From: Nitrosopumilus sp.
Lineage (GTDB): Archaea > Thermoproteota > Nitrososphaeria > Nitrososphaerales > Nitrosopumilaceae
Assembly (NCBI GenBank): GCA_965238275.1
Contig: OZ250186.1
Location: 928,001-992,000, forward strand
DNA length: 64,000 nucleotides
Reading direction: 5' to 3'
The notes under the pieces were generated by a model that worked only from the letters and a program-made list of their open reading frames with translations, searched no databases and had not been told where the DNA came from. The translations under genes and the position numbers were made by a program. Within the stretch, counting starts at the first letter, position 1, and each line of letters starts with the position of its first letter. Shown here in pieces: positions 59,637 to 64,000 of this stretch.

Positions 59637-59998
59637 TTTTCCTGGCAGGTCATCTCACACCCCGGAGATCATTCATGATGGTTACTGGTGTATCAGGACA
59701 TGTTATCATTGTAACTGATCGCCGGTGGCACAAATCTGAATCATGCGTACAAGCCGCTCACATAATCGGAACTGTCTGGCACTTCCGATTAACAAGTCCG
59801 TGCAGCCGATTACTTGTACCCTACAGACCGTATGATACTGCATCCGCTACCTGCCAGGATCTGAAATCCCTGATTTGACGCAACAGGCGAATCCGGCAGT
59901 AACTGTTTAGGTTCGATGTCTGCAGCATTGTGGAATTAGGCGTAAACCTAACCACTTACATCCGGCATTCGTAAAAAGATAAAAGGAGTCCGCTATCC

Positions 59999-60289
59999 AT
60001 GTTCTTCATGAGCCGTACCTGTACAAAGTGCAAGGGTGCAATACCTGATGACGAGAATCTTGACATGGTTGCAGCAAAGTATCCTGCATGCAACAAGTGC
60101 TGGAACGAGTGGAAGGAATACCGTGTAATGGTGATGAACGAGATGAGGCTTGACATGTCGATACCGGACCACAGAAAACTGGTCAAAAAACACGAGAAGA
60201 TCTTCATTGGCGTCATGTCCCCTGACGGAGAGGTGATAGACTATTCCAACGAGGACAATCGGAAGCCCGATGATCCCCCGGCCTGCTAG
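59999..60289 (+). CDS. Fe(II)-trafficking (YggX-like) protein
   Basis: CTKC, CWNEWKEYRVMVMNEMRLD. Confidence 0.75.
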   Translation: MFFMSRTCTKCKGAIPDDENLDMVAAKYPACNKCWNEWKEYRVMVMNEMRLDMSIPDHRKLVKKHEKIFIGVMSPDGEVIDYSNEDNRKPDDPPAC

Positions 60290-60750
60290 TAGACTCCAAG
60301 ATGCTTTTTGGCGTTATCCGGAATCATGAGCAGCATTCTTCTCTTGTCTGCCACATCAAGGCTATCTATGATTCCCCTGACAGTCTTTGAAAGTATGTCC
60401 GTCTCTCTTGCGTCGAGCGTCAGAAATATCTCCAGAATGCCGTCCAGATTGAACTCAATCAGCTTTTGCGGGGATTGCAGTGATGCTGTAATGTATGCCC
60501 GGAACAGCCCCTCCCTCTGCTCCTCAGTCAGCGTTGCAAGTATCTCAAGCCATGTCTTGAAGAGTTTTGCAAAGTTGGGAAACGGGATAGTCGGCCCTGC
60601 ATCCAGCGCGTGGCCTATAACTTCATCCCTCTCCGATTCCGAGAGCGAAAAAAACTCCATCATTCTCTTCTTTAGAATGGGGGTTCTTAGAAAGTCGGGA
60701 AGGCTGGCAAGGTTGACTATTATGTTTCCTGCAAAGTTCTCTCCTAGCAT
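60286..60750 (-). CDS. Conserved hypothetical protein
   Basis: 154-aa helical ORF. Confidence 0.7.
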   Translation of the reverse strand: MLGENFAGNIIVNLASLPDFLRTPILKKRMMEFFSLSESERDEVIGHALDAGPTIPFPNFAKLFKTWLEILATLTEEQREGLFRAYITASLQSPQKLIEFNLDGILEIFLTLDARETDILSKTVRGIIDSLDVADKRRMLLMIPDNAKKHLGVY

Positions 60751-60820
60751 GATTCTGGTACGGGATGCGCCTTCTTATAAAGCACTTTAGATTAAATACA
60801 CGTAGCGAGGATCCCTCAGC

Positions 60821-61822
60821 ATGACGCTGACTGTGGTTGTCGGGGGTTTTTTTGGAGATGAAGGCAAGGGAAAGATCATCTCATATCTGGCAGTCCAGGA
60901 CAATCCTGAGATTGTAGTCCGGGGAGGGGCCGGTCCCAACGCAGGCCACACCATAAAGGACGATAACCAGACATACAAAGTCCGAATGCTTCCATGCGGG
61001 TTTCTAAACCGGAACGCAAAGGTAATGATAGGCCCCGGCGTTGTAGTTGATCCTGCCGTGCTTGAACGGGAGATTGACAGCTTTGCCCCGGGACGCTCGT
61101 TCATAGACCGGAACTGTGGAATTATTGAGGATACCCACCGGATCAGGGATTCCAAGGGGGATCTGAAGGAGAAGATCGGTAGTACAGGATCCGGCACGGG
61201 TCCTGCCAATGCCGACAGGGCGATGAGGGTGCTGCGTCTTGCAAAGGACTTTGACTCCCTGTCGCATATCTCCGCAGACGTCCCATTGGAGATCAACTCC
61301 GCGCTGTCCGCAGGCCGCAACGTCCTGGTAGAGGGGACGCAGGGCACGTTTCTGTCACTGTGGCACGGGACGTACCCATTTGTAACCTCGAAGGATGTGA
61401 CTGCATCCGGAATATGTGCTGACGTCGGCATAGGGCCCACCAAGGTCGACGAGGTGGTTATAGTCTTCAAGTCGTATGTGACCCGTGTGGGTACAGGACC
61501 GCTTGGCAGGGAGCTTTTGCCCGAGGAGATGGAAAGAAAGGGATGGGCCGAGTTTGGAACAGTCACAGGCCGCCCAAGACGCGCAGCAGAATTTGATTTT
61601 GATCTGGCCCGGCGCGCCATCATGCTTAACGGCGCAACCCAGATATCCATAACAAAGCTTGATGTGCTGTTCCCGGACTGTGCAGGCGGTACGTCCTATG
61701 ACGGACTCTCAGATGATGCCAAGTCATTCATACAAAAGATTGAAGATGAGCTGGGCATCCCTGTAACCCTCATAGGAACCGGACCGGCAGTACAGGATGT
61801 CATTGACAGAAGGACTGGATAG
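60821..61822 (+). CDS. purA: Adenylosuccinate synthetase
   Basis: GDEGKGK, NAGHT, EGTQG, GTYPFVTS, GTVTGRPRR. Confidence 0.97.
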   Translation: MTLTVVVGGFFGDEGKGKIISYLAVQDNPEIVVRGGAGPNAGHTIKDDNQTYKVRMLPCGFLNRNAKVMIGPGVVVDPAVLEREIDSFAPGRSFIDRNCGIIEDTHRIRDSKGDLKEKIGSTGSGTGPANADRAMRVLRLAKDFDSLSHISADVPLEINSALSAGRNVLVEGTQGTFLSLWHGTYPFVTSKDVTASGICADVGIGPTKVDEVVIVFKSYVTRVGTGPLGRELLPEEMERKGWAEFGTVTGRPRRAAEFDFDLARRAIMLNGATQISITKLDVLFPDCAGGTSYDGLSDDAKSFIQKIEDELGIPVTLIGTGPAVQDVIDRRTG

Positions 61823-61852
61823 GTTTAATTTGAAAGAACCCTGAGCCAATCC

Positions 61853-62539
61853 GTGAGCAAGCCCCCTGATTCCCCTGATGACGCGCTACCGCGATACATA
61901 CAGGTAAACTCGATTCTGGAGTTCTCCAGACTCGTCTGCGCACTGGAGAGGGCACCACGCATATCATTTCTGCACGATCACAACGGGCAGAAGATCCTCT
62001 CAGCGCAGATGGACATGCTTATGGACAAGCCCGTAATCTATTACACTCCGATGGAGCATGATGGCCACTACCTGTGCTACGGACTGAGGCGTGGAAGGGA
62101 GGAGTCTGGAATAGTCGACTCTATTGCAGATACCTGCAAACTCTATTCACCGATTGTCCGGATTAAGTCGCTTCCCAAGACGCTGCTTCCAGGCAACGGT
62201 ACCAATGACAGGTATCTCCCAATCGAGCTGGAGGATACATCCAGTCTTGTAAAGCTTACGTGGAATCTTGAGGAGGTGTCGTTTCCGCTGTTTCTATTTC
62301 CGTGCAGGGGCAAGTGGCTGCTGGGACTCTTCATGACCTTTACTGAGGGCGGCATGTCATACTTTTGCCATGTGGTGCTTGATGAGGATCCCCAGATGCC
62401 ATTTCTCAAGTTTTCAACTGCCAACGGCCACCTGCCAGAGTTTGTCCAGGATCCATCCGAGCATGGCTACTCGTACATCAAGATAATAAAACTAAAAGAC
62501 ACGCATCCGCTGATTGACTATGGCCACCTTCAAAACTAG
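61853..62539 (+). CDS. Conserved hypothetical protein
   Basis: 228-aa ORF between purA and pyrF. Confidence 0.7.
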   Translation: MSKPPDSPDDALPRYIQVNSILEFSRLVCALERAPRISFLHDHNGQKILSAQMDMLMDKPVIYYTPMEHDGHYLCYGLRRGREESGIVDSIADTCKLYSPIVRIKSLPKTLLPGNGTNDRYLPIELEDTSSLVKLTWNLEEVSFPLFLFPCRGKWLLGLFMTFTEGGMSYFCHVVLDEDPQMPFLKFSTANGHLPEFVQDPSEHGYSYIKIIKLKDTHPLIDYGHLQN

Positions 62540-63257
62540 GCTCCTGAAGATTGCACAGTCAAACGGCAGGGTGATTCTTGCAAACGACTACGATCTGCCT
62601 GCACAGGATCTGTACCAAAAAACACTCCGGAACATCAAGGAACTGCACCCCCATGTGTGTGGCATCAAGCTCAACTTCCACCTGCTTGTCCCGCTGGGCG
62701 GCAGGGAGATTGCATCCATCAACGAGGCTGCACACGAATACGGCCTGCAGACGATTGCCGACATCAAACTCAACGACATTCGAAACACAAACCGGATTGC
62801 AGCAGGACGCCTGTGGGATCTGGGATTTGACGCAGTCATTGCAAATCCGATAATGGGCCCGGAGAGCCTCAAGGATCTGACCGGACTGGCACACAGGGAC
62901 GAAAAGGGCGTCATCTCGCTGTGCCACATGAGTGCCCCCGAGGCCAGAATCTCATACGAACTCCTGACCGGAACCCGGGGGCAGCCACTGTACCGCCTGT
63001 TTCTGGAGTGGGCCCTTGCATCTGATGCAGATGGTATCATAGTGGGCGCCACATTCCCGGACATAATCCGATACTGCTCTGAGCATGCAGCAGGACGACT
63101 GGACATACTCTCCCCAGGCGTGGGCACCCAGGGTGGTGATGCAGGCAGCACCGTCTCGTCTGGTGCAGACTATCTTATAGTGGGCAGGACTATTCTTGGT
63201 GCCAGGGATCCTGTTGAGGCTGCATCAAAACTCCGCCTGCGCACCCTTGGCAAGTAG
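62514..63257 (+). CDS. pyrF: Orotidine-5'-phosphate decarboxylase
   Basis: ADIKLNDI, VGAT, SPGVGTQGG, IVGR. Confidence 0.95.
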   Translation: MTMATFKTRLLKIAQSNGRVILANDYDLPAQDLYQKTLRNIKELHPHVCGIKLNFHLLVPLGGREIASINEAAHEYGLQTIADIKLNDIRNTNRIAAGRLWDLGFDAVIANPIMGPESLKDLTGLAHRDEKGVISLCHMSAPEARISYELLTGTRGQPLYRLFLEWALASDADGIIVGATFPDIIRYCSEHAAGRLDILSPGVGTQGGDAGSTVSSGADYLIVGRTILGARDPVEAASKLRLRTLGK

Positions 63258-63659
63258 TAGCGCCTGCGCCCTTGTAAGCACCCTTTTTGCATTCTCAAAC
63301 GTGGTCTTCTTCATGGCCTCGTTGTATTCAAGCCACGTATAGTCAAGATGCTCGTGGGATATCTGAATCCTGTCAGTACCAGTCTCGGCCAGAAAGAATA
63401 CAACCTTCTTGTATATTGGCTCCCCGTCGTGCTGGAAACTGTACCTGATCCACTCCTCAAAGTCCCCCACAAAAGACACGTCTGTAATCCCTGTCTCCTC
63501 TGTAGTCTCCCTTAATGCAGTCTGAAGTGCAGTCTCTCCTCCCTCCATCTTGCCCTTTACAAAATCCCAGTGTCCCGAAGGGTAGTGCAACAGCAGAAAA
63601 AGAGTCCTTGAACCGCTCCTTCTAAACAGCACAATTCCCGCAGACATCTCCCTTATCAT
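63225..63659 (-). CDS. NUDIX hydrolase (Ap4A hydrolase-like)
   Basis: HWDFVKGKMEGGETALQTALRETTEETG Nudix box. Confidence 0.92.
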   Translation of the reverse strand: MIREMSAGIVLFRRSGSRTLFLLLHYPSGHWDFVKGKMEGGETALQTALRETTEETGITDVSFVGDFEEWIRYSFQHDGEPIYKKVVFFLAETGTDRIQISHEHLDYTWLEYNEAMKKTTFENAKRVLTRAQALLLAKGAQAEF

Positions 63660-64000
63660 CTTCCGAGCCTTCTCTTCCTTTCCTGAAATGTTCTGATTGC
63701 CCTCATCAAATCAATTTTTCTAAACTCGGGCCAGAATATATCCATAAAGACCAGCTCGCTGTATGCGCTTTGCCATATCAAAAACCCGCTCAGCCTCTTC
63801 TCGCCGGAGGTTCGCAGAATCATGTCCGGGGACGACTGCGGAAGGTGCGATGTGTACAGGTTGGACTCGATCTCATCCCTGCCAATCTTGTCCACATCCA
63901 GATCCCCGTCAACGACCTTTCGGCATATCTTTCTTACCGCATCTACCAGCTCGTTCTGTCCGCCGTATGCCAGCGCAATATTCAAAAAGTGCCCGTCGTA
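63656..64000 (-). CDS. uppS: cis-prenyltransferase (UppS), 3' part
   Basis: ALAYGG, PDMILRTSGEKRLSGFLIWQ; runs off the window end. Confidence 0.92.
   Translation of the reverse strand, partial: YDGHFLNIALAYGGQNELVDAVRKICRKVVDGDLDVDKIGRDEIESNLYTSHLPQSSPDMILRTSGEKRLSGFLIWQSAYSELVFMDIFWPEFRKIDLMRAIRTFQERKRRLGR

Overview
Chromosomal segment of an ammonia-oxidising archaeon (Nitrosopumilaceae, Thaumarchaeota). The relatively high GC, expanded intergenic spacers, many mobile elements and BspA/CFI-box surface proteins suggest a host-associated lineage such as a sponge symbiont (inference). The window carries the amoB/amoC/amoX/amoA cluster with two intact IS5-family elements in and beside it, a Dam-type methylase, 7 tRNA loci (two with double introns, one damaged), and many core genes (trpS, pheS, pheT, valS, aconitase, pdxST, purA, purB, pyrF, rtcB, rps11, rps17e, thiL, coaD, histone). 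The most unusual feature is a TnpB nuclease with an intact RuvC triad and no transposase. It sits in a 1.58-kb element bounded by terminal inverted repeats and an apparent TA duplication (an IS630/Tc1-mariner-like signature, not IS200/IS605/IS607), splits a host gene that can be rebuilt exactly, and has a duplicated 3' end where the omegaRNA is expected. Also notable: four mobile-element ends lie 10-15 bp upstream of TATA boxes; a MITE-armed composite inverted-repeat element; a scrambled tRNA-Ala/IS locus; unannotated micro-ORFs; a candidate structured ncRNA before rtcB; and frameshifts in repeat-expanded ribosomal protein extensions. All calls were made by eye from the sequence and ORF track; no database searches were run.
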